A stretch of DNA of 61,358 nt, the filler included, from Catajapyx aquilonaris (Eukaryota), in the NCBI GenBank assembly GCA_000934665.2. It is 2 parts of 2 records of this genome, joined end to end, with 100 filler letters (N's around TTAATTAATTAA, not from the genome) between each part and the next. Parts side by side here need not be neighbours in the genome. Positions count along the whole stretch, not along the records: positions 1 to 30,641 come from JYFJ02004625.1; 1 more part is not named here. The stretch is one strand, 5' to 3'. The notes under the pieces were generated by a model that worked only from the letters and a program-made list of their open reading frames with translations, ran no database searches and was not told the origin of the DNA. The position numbers and the translations under genes were made by a program. Positions 1 through 12,380 of the stretch are shown here, piece after piece. How positions within the stretch are numbered: position 1 is the first letter of the stretch; every line of letters starts with the position of its first letter.

Positions 1-174
1 CGTACCGTGCCTGGCAGGGTCAGTACTGTGAGGCCTGTGCGGTCACCCAAAATCCGGATACAGATGACATAAATAATTTTTATATATATTTAAACAAATT
101 ATTGATGTCATCTGTATCCGGCTTTTGGGTGACCGCACAGGCCTCACAGTACTGTCCCTGCCAGGCACGGTACG
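1..174. repeat. Near-perfect fold-back: arms 1-69 and 106-174 around an AT-rich loop; arms carry the recurrent CCCTGCCAGGCACGGT motif
   Basis: CGTACCGTGCCTGGCAGGG...CCGGATACAGATGACA is the reverse complement of TGTCATCTGTATCCGG...CCCTGCCAGGCACGGTACG, with 2 mismatches. Confidence 0.95.
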
Positions 175-892
175 TCTCCCCCGATGATTCTGCTAGAGTG
201 TACCCACCAACAATGGTGTCTCATACCCACCAAAATTTCACAGGGGGTTCACCAGACCAGAAAATCCTGTCCCTGACCTGTCACCTTGGTCATGACACCA
301 CCAAGCCTATTGATCATGCACCACGTTCTTGTGTCGGTGAGGGGGTTTTTGTGTGTGGGTACACCTCAGGAGGGCGGGTATTCTGTTCCTCCCCTTGTTA
401 CCTGAATCCCTCCTGCCAGCAAAATCCTTGTCCCAAAGGGCGGTCCCCAACACCCGGCTCACTCAATTAAGATAACAATCTTCCTCTCTCCCTCTTCTTA
501 CAAATGGCGAATTCCACCCCGCCATCTTGTCCTTTTCCTTCACATTTCCCCCCCAGCTCTAACCTTAAGGTCTCCACGGGATACCGACTCCAGGAACACC
601 AGATTTCACACGAGATGGGGTTGACCTTCGAGGTGTCATGGACAGGTAAAACATGGGGGTTTATTACCCAGAAGCTCATGCTGATAAGTTTAAGGCCGGG
701 TTTTATGTTAGGTTCTAAAGTGAGGTAATTAGGTATAGAACCGGTTTGGGTATAAAATGAGTACGAAATCTACAAACAAACAAACAAACAAACGTTTATA
801 TCTATATTATTAAAATTCGTTGTATGTGAGAGGCTTCTGATTAGCCCCTCTTCAGCGCCAGTAGTGTGAATTTTCGGAGTCCCACTTCGCCA

Positions 893-1672
893 CTTCGGAT
901 ATAGTACACCTTTTACTGACATACTTCGGATATAGTAGACATTTACGGGCATACCTCGGATATAGTAGACATTTTACTGTCATACTCCGGATATAGTAGA
1001 CCTTTCATTGACATGCTTCGGACATAGCGGACCTTTAAGGGCATACTTCGCATATAGTAGACCTTTTACTGGCATACTCCGGATATAGGAGACCTTTCAT
1101 TGACATGCTTCGGACATAACGGACTTTTACGGACATACTTCGGATATAGTAGACCTTCCACGGGTATACTCCGGATATAGGAGACCTTTCATTTACATGC
1201 TTCGGACATAGCGGACTTTTACGGGCATACTTCAGATATAGTAGACATTTTACTGTCATACTTCGGATATAGCAGACCTTTTACTGTCATACTCCGGATA
1301 GGAGACCTTTCATTGACATGCTTCGGACATAACGGACTTTTACGGGCATACTTCGGATATAGCAGACATTTTACGGGCATGCTCAGGACATAGCAGACCT
1401 TTTACGCGCATACTTCGGATATAGTAGACCTTTCATTGACATGCTTCGGACATAGCGGACTTTTACGGGAATACTTCGGATATAGTAGACCTTTACAGGC
1501 ATACTTCGGATATAGTAGACATTTAAGGGCATGCTCAGGACATAGCAGACCTTTTACGGGCATACTTCGGATATAGTAGACCTTCCACGGGTATTCTCCG
1601 GATATAGTAGACCTTTCATTGACATGCTTCGGACATAGCGGACCTTTTACGGGCATACTTCGGATATAGTAG
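893..1672. repeat. 31-bp tandem minisatellite, about 25 copies, with alternating subtypes
   Basis: Unit CTTCGGATATAGTAGACCTTTTACGGGCATA and variants (..CCTTTCATTGACATG, ..GGACATAGCGGAC..). Confidence 0.95.
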
Positions 1673-1674
1673 AG

Positions 1675-1821
1675 CAGAGTCTCACGGTAGATGATCCATG
1701 ACGCTATTTTAACGACTTTTAACGTTAATTTCACGTCAAACTATCGTCTCAAAGGTATACAATAGTCGTTACACTTCTTGACGGGAAAATAACGTCATGG
1801 ATCATCTACCGTGAGACCCTG
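1675..1821. mobile_element. Small MITE-like fold-back core
   Basis: Inverted repeats of about 36 bp, CAGAGTCTCACGGTAGATGATCCATGACGCTATTTT / AAAATAACGTCATGGATCATCTACCGTGAGACCCTG. Confidence 0.75.
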
Positions 1822-1927
1822 GTCTACTATATCCGAAATGTGCCCGTAAAAAGTCCGCCTGCGTAATGGGAGGAGAGAGCGCCTCTGGTGGATGGGAGAA
1901 GGAATTAGTAAATGTATAACAGCCAAA

Positions 1928-2090
1928 GGGTGAAATTTTCATTCCACTGCTAGTTACTGCGAACTTAGCAGTGCCAGTGTTGGTGATGGTTACTTCGTAG
2001 TTAGCAGATCATTAGCAGTAACTAGAATGGGGGACTTCTAAGTTAGCAGGACGTTAGCATAACTTTAGAAGTGGGACGAAAATTCAGCCC
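1928..2090. mobile_element. MITE of the GGTGGAATTTTC-TIR family with internal CTAGTTACT/AACTTAGCAG repeats
   Basis: Ends GGGTGAAATTTTC / GAAAATTCAGCCC flanked by AAA; related copy at about 53222-53338. Confidence 0.55.
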
Positions 2091-2631
2091 AAAGTCTTTA
2101 TAAAAAAGTGTAGGGTGATTCTATGAACTACTAGAAGCAAACCCGTTCTTTGCATATGTGTAAAATGGATACAAAATGGGTATTGAATGGACTAACAAAC
2201 CTTCATATTTATAATATTTATATCCTTCGTTGTATGTGCGAGGCTTCTGATTGGCCCGTTCTGCACCTGCGCAATGGGAGGAAGCAGCGCCTCTGGTGGG
2301 TGAGAAGAGAAACTGGCATATACACAGGGTGTTCAAATCCGTGGGTCGTTTTAGGAAGTCTACAGCAGGTGCTATAGAATGGGGCACCTGATTAGGGACA
2401 CAACAAGCTACTATCGGGTGATACTATCCGATTAGCCCCCTTACTGCGCCTGCGCAATGGGAGGAGACAGCGCCTCTGGTGGGCGGGAGGAACAACTAGT
2501 AGCCTATACAGTAGAAAATGCATTTTTTTTGTAAAAATTGTAGTGGTGATTCTATGAACTACTAGTAGTCTTAGCTAGGTATGAAATTGACAAGGGAACA
2601 AACAAACAAACAGTGCATTTTATATACAAGA

Positions 2632-2959
2632 CTAGCTGCGGCACCCGGCGCGGCGTTGCCCGGGAAGAAATGAATGAAGGGAAAACACCTGCCAGCCAGT
2701 ACCCCCGTCAACTGTCTGTCTTTCTGTGTGTCCGCCCACCAATGCCATCTGTGGTCCTGCTACTCCAACACCTTCAACCTCTCCCGCCTGTATAACGGCA
2801 GCCGTCATTTGCCTTCCATCTGTAGTCAACCCCCAACACCTCCATCCTCTCCCGGCCTGAGGGTGGAGCACAGATGGCAGGAAAATGACGGTTGGCAGGC
2901 GGACAGACAGACAGAGACAGACAGACAGATTCACAAACGGCGTTTATTTATATAGAAGA
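2632..2959 (-). mobile_element. Non-autonomous Helitron
   Basis: Minus strand: 5' TCTTCTATATAAATAAAC, (CTGT)n tract near the 5' end, 3' GC hairpin CCCGGGCAACGCCGCGCCGGG then CTAG; inserted between A and T with no TSD. Confidence 0.8.
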
Positions 2960-3929
2960 TTGGCCCATTTATTCACAAATGTTCAGTACGACATTGGGCA
3001 ATGTTGCAAATTAAATAACTGTTATTTATCACTGTTATCTTCTAACTGTCATGTTGTCACCCTACTTATGTCACCCCCAAAAAAATTCATGTCAGCGTAA
3101 TGACCCCATTGTTTTGACAACCAAGAGTACATTACAATCGGTCACTTTTTTTTGCTTACCATTCCTTAATTTGGTATGTAAGCAGCGCCAGCGGGTGACA
3201 AAAAAACGTATTAGGCTAATTAGAAAGTGGTAGATATCCTAGGCGATGCCAAGATAAACATCCATCTCAGCCTGTCGCATTCGATTATCTCAATTCCTTT
3301 CACGCAATTTGCAAGAAAACCACACCATGACATGACGTTCCCATTTTCTTCAGAACGTGTTTTTTTTCGGTTACCGGTGTGACTGACATGGTTGGCCCGA
3401 AAACGTGAAGGCGAAACGCAAAATGGTCACACCCTTTTTATTGCAGGATTGACATATCGATATTTTTATAACATCGGATGTCGGGCAATTTTTTTGGTTA
3501 GAAAAGTCACCAGTTCTTGTACGAACGGATTTAAGTGGAAAACTGGATTTTCCACTCATTTTCCACTTATATTAGACATGATACGGTAGGAGGGAAGAGC
3601 CGGGTGGAAGTGGGGCTGAACGTGACGTCATATCGTTCTTCGGGTTAACGGAATGGATAGGTGTGAGTAGCCCCTCCGCAACTCCTTATCTAGCCATACG
3701 GGGATGGGCGTGAGCTTAGTTGCTCTCCCCCTGCCCCACGGTAGAAAGTTCTATTTGGCGCTGGCGTCGCGTCGCTCCACAGAGCACAACTTTGACGTCA
3801 CGTTTGGTTCACGTTCGGGCGGACGCTTTCCTGGACTAACCTGAACCATTCCTTCCAAAGCAGCTGGGTCAGTACGGAAAGTCGCAGAGTCAGCTACCCG
3901 AACATGACGTCAAAGTTGTGCTCTGTGAT

Positions 3930-4350
3930 TAGGGCCGTGCGATATTTTGATACATCGACTGTCGATACGATATTTTCCTGATATCGAAGTTGCGATATCC
4001 GATGCTTCGCATGTACGATTTATCGAATATCGCGATTTTTCGATATCGGTTTTCGATATTATCGATATCGATTCGATGTCGCTTTTCGATATTTTTCGAT
4101 ATCGGTTCTCAATATTATCGATATCGATTCGATGTAATTTTTCGATATCGATTCGATATCGGTTTTCGATATTATCGATATCGATTCGATGTCGGGTTTC
4201 GATATTTTTCGATATCGATTCGATGTCGGTTTTCGATATTTTCGATTTCGGTTCGATGTCGGTTTTTCTATTTTCGATATATCTACTTCGATGCAATATT
4301 TTTTTGAATAACGACAGTCGATTTGCAATTTCGGATATCGCACAGCCATA
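3930..4350. mobile_element. hAT-like MITE with an internally expanded ATATCGAT array
   Basis: TIRs TAGGGCCGTGCGATAT / ATATCGCACAGCCATA; reverse-complement homolog of 16723-16934; imperfect CTGTG duplication; splits an older hairpin arm. Confidence 0.75.
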
Positions 4351-5204
4351 CTGTGGAGGACGACAGCCCCACCCCCGTGCGCAACTAAGCTCACGCATAT
4401 GGGGAGGGAGTTGCGCGAACCAAGTAGTAGACCGTGGTTGTGAGCTTCTCCAAGAGATGGCGTGCGTCTATGTTTGGAGGTGGGCCTAGGATGAGGCTAC
4501 CTGCTATTGTGGAGGCTATAGTCTGCATAAACAAGCAGTATGCAACCACTAAAATCAGAGTGACCCTCGGATGTCCTGTGGATGTCCTAGGGAGGTCATC
4601 CCTCAGTTAAACCGAACAGGACACCCCCCCCAAAAAATCCCAGAAAAACTGGAAAAACCATTTACGTCGAGTGCAATTTGGTCCTAAAAATGGTAGCTCC
4701 CTCTTGTGAGGGTGTCGGGCTATAAGAGTTGAAGAGATTGCAGGATAAGTGTCCGATCCGCCAGGTTGAGTCTGAAGCCTTGGCTTTTTGGAGCGAAGTG
4801 GCAGCGGAGAAGCGGGCGAAAATCCGGCGCCATCAAATCGGGTCGATGGCTGTCGCGCGACCAACGTCAGAATCCCGTCTGGAATCCAATTAGTCAGGAC
4901 CTATCCGTCTGGAAAACGGAGCCCAACAGTCGGGATGGAGGGTTCACACGAGGGGGGTGGTCGGTTGTCGTTGGGTCGGTGTGGTTCCATGCCAGTCACC
5001 CGGGGACCGAATTGGTTCAAACATATATGTGAGGGGGGAACGGGAGTGTGTGGACAAGGAACTCAATTATTTCGAGTGGCTTTCGGGCTCTATTTGAGTG
5101 ATTGGGTGTGAAGTGGGCTCTAGTTGTTTGTCGTCACTCAATATCTATTATAGACTGGTATCTAGATGAGCTGAATAGGTCAGTGGAAAATATTTCGTTT
5201 AAAT

Positions 5205-5620
5205 GCAGGTCAAAGTTGAGTTCTAATATTGAGTTCATATACAGTATTGGGCTCTAATTTTGAGTTTAATTATTGAATTGAGTTATTGAGTACAGATATT
5301 GTGAGTTCAAATTTTGAGTTCAACATTGAGGTAAAACTTTGAGTTTCAGCATTGAGGTAAAACCTAGGGTAAAACTTTCAGTTCAAAGTTATTGAGTTGT
5401 GATATGGAGTTCATAACTATACAGTAGGTATTGGGTTCTAACTTTGAGTTAAAATATTGAGTACAGAAATTAGTTAAAATATTGAGTAGAGAAATTAGTT
5501 GATATATTGAGTACATAAATTATTGAAAATATTCAGTGCATATATTAGTTAAAATATTCAGTGCATATATTAGTTAAAATATTGAGTGCGGATATTCAGT
5601 TAAAATATTGAGTTCTACAT
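5205..5620. repeat. Degenerate TTGAGTT/AATATT array
   Basis: Repeated ATATTGAGT/TTTGAGTT; shares GAGTTCTAATATTGAGTTCATATAC with 23305-23812. Confidence 0.85.
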
Positions 5621-5639
5621 TGACTGATCGTCAGTCTCT

Positions 5640-6390
5640 TTTGAGCTTTTTCACTCAAAGTATTTTTTGAGCACAATTGTTACTCAAATTATTTTTGAAT
5701 GCCATTTTCACTCAAAACATTTTATGAGCACATCTTTCACTCGAAATAATTTAAGAGTTCCTTTTTCACTTAAGTTATAAAACATTTGTTGAGCTCCTTT
5801 TTCACTCAAAATATATTTGAGCGCAACGTTCACATAAAACATTTTGTGAGCGCAATTTTCACTCAAAACCTTTTTAAGTTACTTTTTGACTCAAAACATT
5901 TTGTGAGTACAATTATTTTCACTCAAAACATTTTGAGTTACTTTTTAACTCAAAACAGATCCCTTTTCACTCAAAATATATTTTTGAGCGCAATTTTCAC
6001 TCAAAACATTTTGAGTTACTTTTTAACTCAAAACAGATCCCTTTTCACTCAAAATAAATTTGAGCACAATTTTCACTCAAAACATTTTGTGAGCACAAAT
6101 TCATCGAAACTTTTTTGAGTTACTTTGTAACTCAAAACATTTTCAAATCCCTTTTCACTCAAAATAGATTTGAGCGCAATTTTCGCCAAACATTTTGTGG
6201 GCACAGTTTTCACAAGCAAAACATGTTATGAGCTCCTTTTTCGCTCAAAATATATGTTGGAGCACAAAATTTGGACTCAAAACATTTTTGAGTGACATGT
6301 CCTCAGAATTCGACCTCACTGAAGTCATTTCCATTTCTGAAATGGACCGACCGATATTTGAGCTCACTACTAACTCAAAATCACTCAGAA
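5640..6390. repeat. Degenerate TTTTCACTCAAAACATTTTGAG array
   Basis: Repeated ACTCAAAA...TTTGAG self-complementary units of about 30 bp. Confidence 0.85.
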
Positions 6391-6799
6391 TATTCGCGCC
6401 CGTTTAACCCGCTTGGTGTCACCTTTTCCAAAAACAAGTGTAAACGCAACACCCGCGGTCTCCAAAGATCGCAAATTCCATCTGGACTTCTTTAAACCCG
6501 TCGCAAAGGCACGGGTAACCCCAGCTAACCCCGGGTAAAAGTGGGTGAGACGGCAGCGGCGGCGGCGGCACGGGTTGTGTCTCTCTCTCTCTGGAAAAGC
6601 GGTGAAACTCCAGGGGGATCTTGTTTGCCTAACCTTCACACCCCTGCCGGCACCTACTCTGCATTCTAATTCACGCCCCAACACACGGCCTTTTCCACCG
6701 CCCCGAAGAAGAAGAAAAAATAAGATGAGAGGGACGTATAGGTCTCGCCCATTTTTACGGTCCCTTATAAAAAGGGGTTGCTAGGGTAAATCATTCCGG

Positions 6800-7845
6800 T
6801 CGAAAAAATATTTTGGGAACGAAATTTATGGATGAAAGTTTCACTGAGGCCAAAACTTTTAAGACAAAGTTTTCGGGGACGAAATTTTTCGGGGACGAAA
6901 TATTTCTGGCGAAAATTTTCAGAAAGAAATTTTTGACGAATTTTTGAACATGTTTTGGACGAAATTTTTGTACGAAATTGTTGGACGAAATAATTTTCCG
7001 GGCGAGATTTTCGATGCATATCTGGACACATTTTTCAGGTAGGCTTACTAATAAATTTTTTGTAACGAAAATGTCGGGCAATATTTTCCGAAAACGAAAT
7101 TTTTTGGGCGAAACTTTTCAGACGAAATTTTTTAAAATTCTGAACGAATTCTTGTAAATTGTCGTACGAAAATTTTCATGTCGAAATATTCGCCGAATTT
7201 TTTTGATGGAAAATTTTTACGGGCGAAATTTTCGACCAATTTCTGGACTAATTTTTGTACGAAAAATGGACAATATTTTCCGAACGAAATTTTTCGGGCG
7301 AAACTTTGTCAGACGAAATTTTTGAAGAATTTCTGGACGAATATTATTAATTGGACAAATTTTCCGTGTGAAAATTTTCGAGGAATTTTTGATGGACCAA
7401 TTTTTGTTACGAAATTTTACGGCAGAAATTTTCAAACGCAATTTTCGTAAGAAATTGTCGGACGAAATTTTCCGAACGTAACTTATTCGACGAATACGGT
7501 ATTTAAGAGAATTTTTTGGAGGAAAAATTTTCCGGCGAAAACTTTCAGACTCTATATTCGACGAATTTATGGACTAATTTTTGTACCATTTTCCACGAAT
7601 TCCTGGAAGCTCTTTCGGTAGAAAATTTCGGACGATTTTTTTGGCCGAATATTTGTAGCATACTACTATTGTCGGAGGAAATTTTATACCATATTTTGTA
7701 CTAATTTTTTTGCGAAATTATTGTAGGACGAAACTTTTCAGACGATTTTTGTACGACATTGTCGGGTGAAACTTTTCATGCGAAATTTTGGACGAATTTT
7801 CGGCTGAATTTTTTCGCCCGAATTTCTCCGGCAATATTTTCCGCA
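6800..7845. repeat. Degenerate GACGAAATTTT array
   Basis: Dozens of CGAAATTTT/CGAATTTT words at roughly 12-17 bp spacing. Confidence 0.85.
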
Positions 7846-8399
7846 TTGGGTTGTCCCCCATGGGTCGAAAAGGGTACCGTTTTTGAGCAACCCACCCAGG
7901 TGCTAGGACAGGTAGACCCGCAACATTCCTCTCCTCAGGAGGCCACAACTATACAACATGGCTTCAAGGCCTACCAAAATAATTGGATCAAATCGCTCTG
8001 ACGGGAAAATAACACCCGGGTAATTTTTTGTCGAGATTGGTATGACACGCCACAATGTCTCCGACAGTTTGCCACTCCGGGTATACGAGGTTTCGTCTCA
8101 CGTCACTTTCATGCTAAAGAGCTCTTGGAGTAGTAACAGGAGACACCTTTAAATGGGGTCGTGGGTATATCCCCTCCTGAGTTGACAAGTCTGCAACCGT
8201 AGGGTCTTATAGTGCCTTTAGGGTAAACTTCCTCTGTAACCTCTTCAGAGTCCCCAAACAACAGGGTCATAATGCACCGGGTAATGCGAGTTGCTAATTC
8301 TCGATGACATTTCAAGTGCCCTACTGTGCGTTGGTCTGGTCCGGATCAGACGTCATCATTGTCAGGAGGGTGCTGTGGCACCATAAGTCGGGGGAACGT

Positions 8400-8535
8400 C
8401 ACAGTGCCCCCCTCACATTTACTGAATCTCGCCATCGTGCCCCCCTCACATTTACTGAATCTCGCCATCGTGCCCCCCTCATATTTACTGAATCGCGCCA
8501 TAGTGCCCCCCTCACATTTACTGAATTTGGCCCCC
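8400..8535. repeat. 33-bp tandem repeat, 4 copies
   Basis: Unit CAYMGTGCCCCCCTCACATTTACTGAATCTCGC; related to the 35-bp array at 11345-11700. Confidence 0.9.
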
Positions 8536-8994
8536 CAATTATGCCACATTTTAACTCTATTTTAAAAATAGCAGTTATTTCAACCAATAATTACAACTAA
8601 TAGCTAAATCTCACTTAATTCGGTCATATTTGATCGGGATTCAGAAAAGAATACCCTCGGGTATACCCCCGCCGCACCCACACAAAACCCACAGTAAAAA
8701 GTCATCAGTCATCATTACGGGCTCAGAACAAATTAACAGGTGTTCAAGATAAGCCAGAACACGTTCTAGAAAGCCTGAAGTAATTAAGCCTTCGCGGACG
8801 ATAATTTTTTACGACGTGTGATTAGATAACAGAAAATATTTTTTCGCGCCACTGCTACTCGTACTTGTCGTCCATACTGAAAAGGCTTCATTGTCAATCC
8901 GGTTCGGGCCCGGTTTTAATTGTTATGAAATATTTTAATTAGACGTCATTCTAATGACGAGCTTAAACGCAGTTTATTTCGTTATTAATTTTGC

Positions 8995-9975
8995 ACATTT
9001 TCAGCTAATATTTGGCCTAATATTTCAGCTAATTTTTCGCCAAATATTTCGGTAAAGATTTCAATTAATATTTTGGAAAATATTTCGGATAATATTTTTC
9101 CGAATATTTCCGCAAATGTTTCGCCAAATATTTGGGGCAAAGATTCCAGCGAATATTTCACATGAAATATCAATTGTTTCACCTCATATTTAACTACCAT
9201 TTCATCGAATATTTGGCTGAATATTTCAACTAATGTTTCGAAACATTCGTTAAAATATTAAGTGAAACATTAGTTGAAATATTCAACGAAATATTCGATA
9301 AAATAGTAGTTAAATATTAAGTGAAACAATTGAAATTTTATATGAAATATTAGCTGAAATCTTTGCCGAAATATTTCCAACTGTTACCAATAATATTTCA
9401 TCGAATATTTCAACTGGTACAAATAATATTTCATCAAATATTTCAACTGTTTCAGCTAACATTTTCACCGTTTCAGTTAACATTTCATATAGGATTTCAA
9501 CTAACGTTTCACATGATATTCAACTAATATTTCATCAAATATTTCAACTGCTTCAACTAATATTTCATCTAGGATTTCAACCCCTGTTTCACCTAATACT
9601 TTAACTAAAACTTCACCTAATATTTCAACTGATTCAGCCGATATTTCACATAATATTTCGCCTAATATTTCAATTGATTCCACCGATATTTCACATAATA
9701 TTTCGCCTAATATTTCAATTGATTCCACCGATATTTCACATAATATTTCGCCTAATATTTCAATTGATTCCACCGATATTTCACATAATATTTCGCCTAA
9801 TATTTCAATTGATTCCACCGATATTTCACATAATATTTCGACTAATAGTTTAACTTTCAACTAATAGTGCATGTAAAATTTCAACTGTTTCAGCCAATAG
9901 TTCGTCAAATATTTCAACCGTTTCAACTAATAGTTCGTCTAATATTTCAACCGTTTCAACTAATATTTCATCTCA
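8995..9975. repeat. Degenerate AATATTTC array with a young 45-bp higher-order repeat (about 9640-9840) and an internal hairpin (9137-9367)
   Basis: CCGATATTTCACATAATATTTCGCCTAATATTTCAATTGATTCCA repeated at least 4 times identically. Confidence 0.9.
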
Positions 9976-11344
9976 TTTTAACCGTTTCGTCTACCATCTC
10001 ACAATCATTCCACAACATTACCCTACAAAATCACTCCCATCCAGCCCCTACCATTGTTGCTTTCAGTTACCCTTTAACCCCCTCCCCATAGCGTAGCAAA
10101 AACCCAATTTAGCTAGTAGTCTAGCTAAATAGTCTCTCGTAACTAGGAAGCTTTTTCCAATCTGCTCTAGAATGCTAACGATGGCAAATTTTCTTTCTCT
10201 CCCCCCCCCCCCNCCCCCGTCCCACCCCCCTAGGACCCCCCCTAATTGTTGGGCCCGGCTCAGATTGGAGAGAAAACAATGCCAATTAATTCCCTTCCAC
10301 CTGTCAGGTCCATATAAGGTGACCTCATACATGGCGCCATTTTGTCTCTAGAAATTGACACGTTTTATGTTAAAATAACGGTGGACGCCCTGTTTACGTT
10401 CAAACGTTCAGACAACCCGCAATTAACTCAAAATTAATTCCTAAAGGTATGTCACAATGTTAAATTTAATTGTCATAAAAAAATTCCAGGATTTACTTGT
10501 TTTTTTTTTTGTTTAAATATAAAAGGGTACGCCCCATTTTTTTGTCAACAGTGATTGGCGGCATCGCCCATACGCCCATTGTTGAAGGTGACAAAAAAAA
10601 ATTAAAAAAAGTGAGAGACGGGCGGGAGTTGGACGATTGCCCGCCAATAAGATGGGCGGACACAAATCCCCGCAATTGCACCACAACAATAAACAGGTTG
10701 TAACATTTTTACAACCACATTAACAATGAGTTATTGTTGTCAACAATATGCAACAATGTACTTACATCCGGTGTCCAATGTTCCGTGAGGGGGTCACCAA
10801 TAAATCTGGGGGGGGTCAAAGGTCACGGAAGAGGGGGGAGCACGCGAGCACACGAGGTCACGGGCAGAACAAGTCCGACTGATCCGGCTTCCCTGAAGAG
10901 CAGGCACCGAGTGAGAGGCATGTCTACAAGCAGCTTGGTCCACCCCACCTTCCCCCACTCCCACCCCCCCTCCCGCCCTCCCATCGATCGACATAGACAC
11001 GCCCCCTACTACTGACCTGCGCTACTATGTGGAGGTCAACAGTTGACCNGGGGGTCGAAGGAAACGACCTCTTTACGACCTTCCCAAGTTTTTCTTTAAT
11101 TACTAGCCAGCTTGTCGAGAGGGCTGCACTTGCGTGGAATTTGCTTGCTCGACGCCCATTTAGAGGTGCTTCAGCCACTTGCCAGACCTTGCGCTCATTC
11201 TATTTTTAAATAGAGGGAGCTATACGTAGCTCTGTTTTGATACATTATGCAGTATATTTAATTCAGTAGGGCACATTCATTACGCTAATTTGTAGATACG
11301 GCTTTTTTTTTACATGGATGGTTCAGCCACAGGGCCTTCATCAC

Positions 11345-11700
11345 TATGGCTGAATTTGGCCACAGTGCCCCCCTCACCAAATTGCTGAATTTTGCCACAG
11401 TGCCTCCGTCACGAAATTGCTGAACTTTGCCAGTGTCCCCGTCACAAAATTGCTGAATTTGGCCACAGTGCCCCCCTTAACCAAACTGCTGAATTTTGCC
11501 ACAGTGCCCCCTCACCAAGTTGCTGAAATTTGCCACAGTGCCCCCGTTGCAATTGCTGAACTTTGCCACAGTGTCCCCCTCACCAAATTGCTGAACTTTG
11601 CCACAGTGTCCCCCTCACAAAATTGCTGAACTTTGCCACAGTGCCTCCGTCACCAAATTGCTGAATTTTGCCACAGTGACCCCCTCACAATCACTGGCTA
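11345..11700. repeat. 35-36-bp tandem array, about 10 copies
   Basis: Unit GCCACAGTGCCCCCCTCACCAAATTGCTGAATTTT. Confidence 0.9.
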
Positions 11701-11749
11701 CTCTTTCAACAGATCTTATGTTAATCAGTCATTTAAAGTGGGTTTGGGG

Positions 11750-12380
11750 CATTGTAGATACGCCTTTTTCCGTGGGACTGTACATACGGCTTTAGAACTG
11801 TAGGTATGGGTTTTTTTTCTTTAGGGTGGTAGATACGGCTTTTCTCCGTGTGACTGTAGATACGGATTTTCTCCGTGGGACTGTATGTACGGCTTTCCTC
11901 CGTGGGATTGTAGGTACGGCTTTTCTCCGTGTGACTGTAGATACGGATTTTCTCCGTGGGACTGTAGATATGGCTTTTCTCCGTGGGACTGTAGATACAG
12001 CTTTTTCCATTAGAACTGTAGATACGGTTTTTCTCTTAGGACAGTAGATACGGCTTTTTTTCTTTAGGGCGGTAGATACGGCTTTTCTCCGTGGGACTGT
12101 ATGTACGGCTTTTCTCCGTGGGACAGTAGATACGGCATTTTCCCTTTGAACGGTATAATTATGTGGGAGTTTTTCCCTTCGGACTGTAGCTGTAACTTTT
12201 TCCTTTAGGCCGGAAGATACAGCTTTTTTCCGTGGGACTGTAGATACGCCTTTTCCCCTTAGGACGATATAATTATGTCGGTTTTTTTCCCCTTCGAACT
12301 GTAGATGTGGGTTTTCTCCTTTAGAACGGTAGATACGGCTGTTCTCCTTAGGGCGGCAGATGCGGCTTTTTTCCTTAGAA
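11750..12380. repeat. 27-bp tandem array, about 22 copies
   Basis: Unit GTAGATACGGCTTTTCTCCGTGGGACT. Confidence 0.9.

Noticed and set aside
893..1672. CRISPR-like regular repeats
   Set aside because: Units are contiguous with no unique spacers, the context is eukaryotic and there are no cas genes
1878..2482. CTCF-like AGCGCCTCTGGTGG sites
   Set aside because: One base short of the consensus and explained as part of a repeated unit
3910..4489. Long overlapping ORFs on both strands
   Set aside because: Stop-poor ATATCG repeat inside a MITE; low-complexity translations
9501..9860. EILGEILCEISV repeat ORF
   Set aside because: Translation of a 45-bp tandem repeat; no splice or domain evidence
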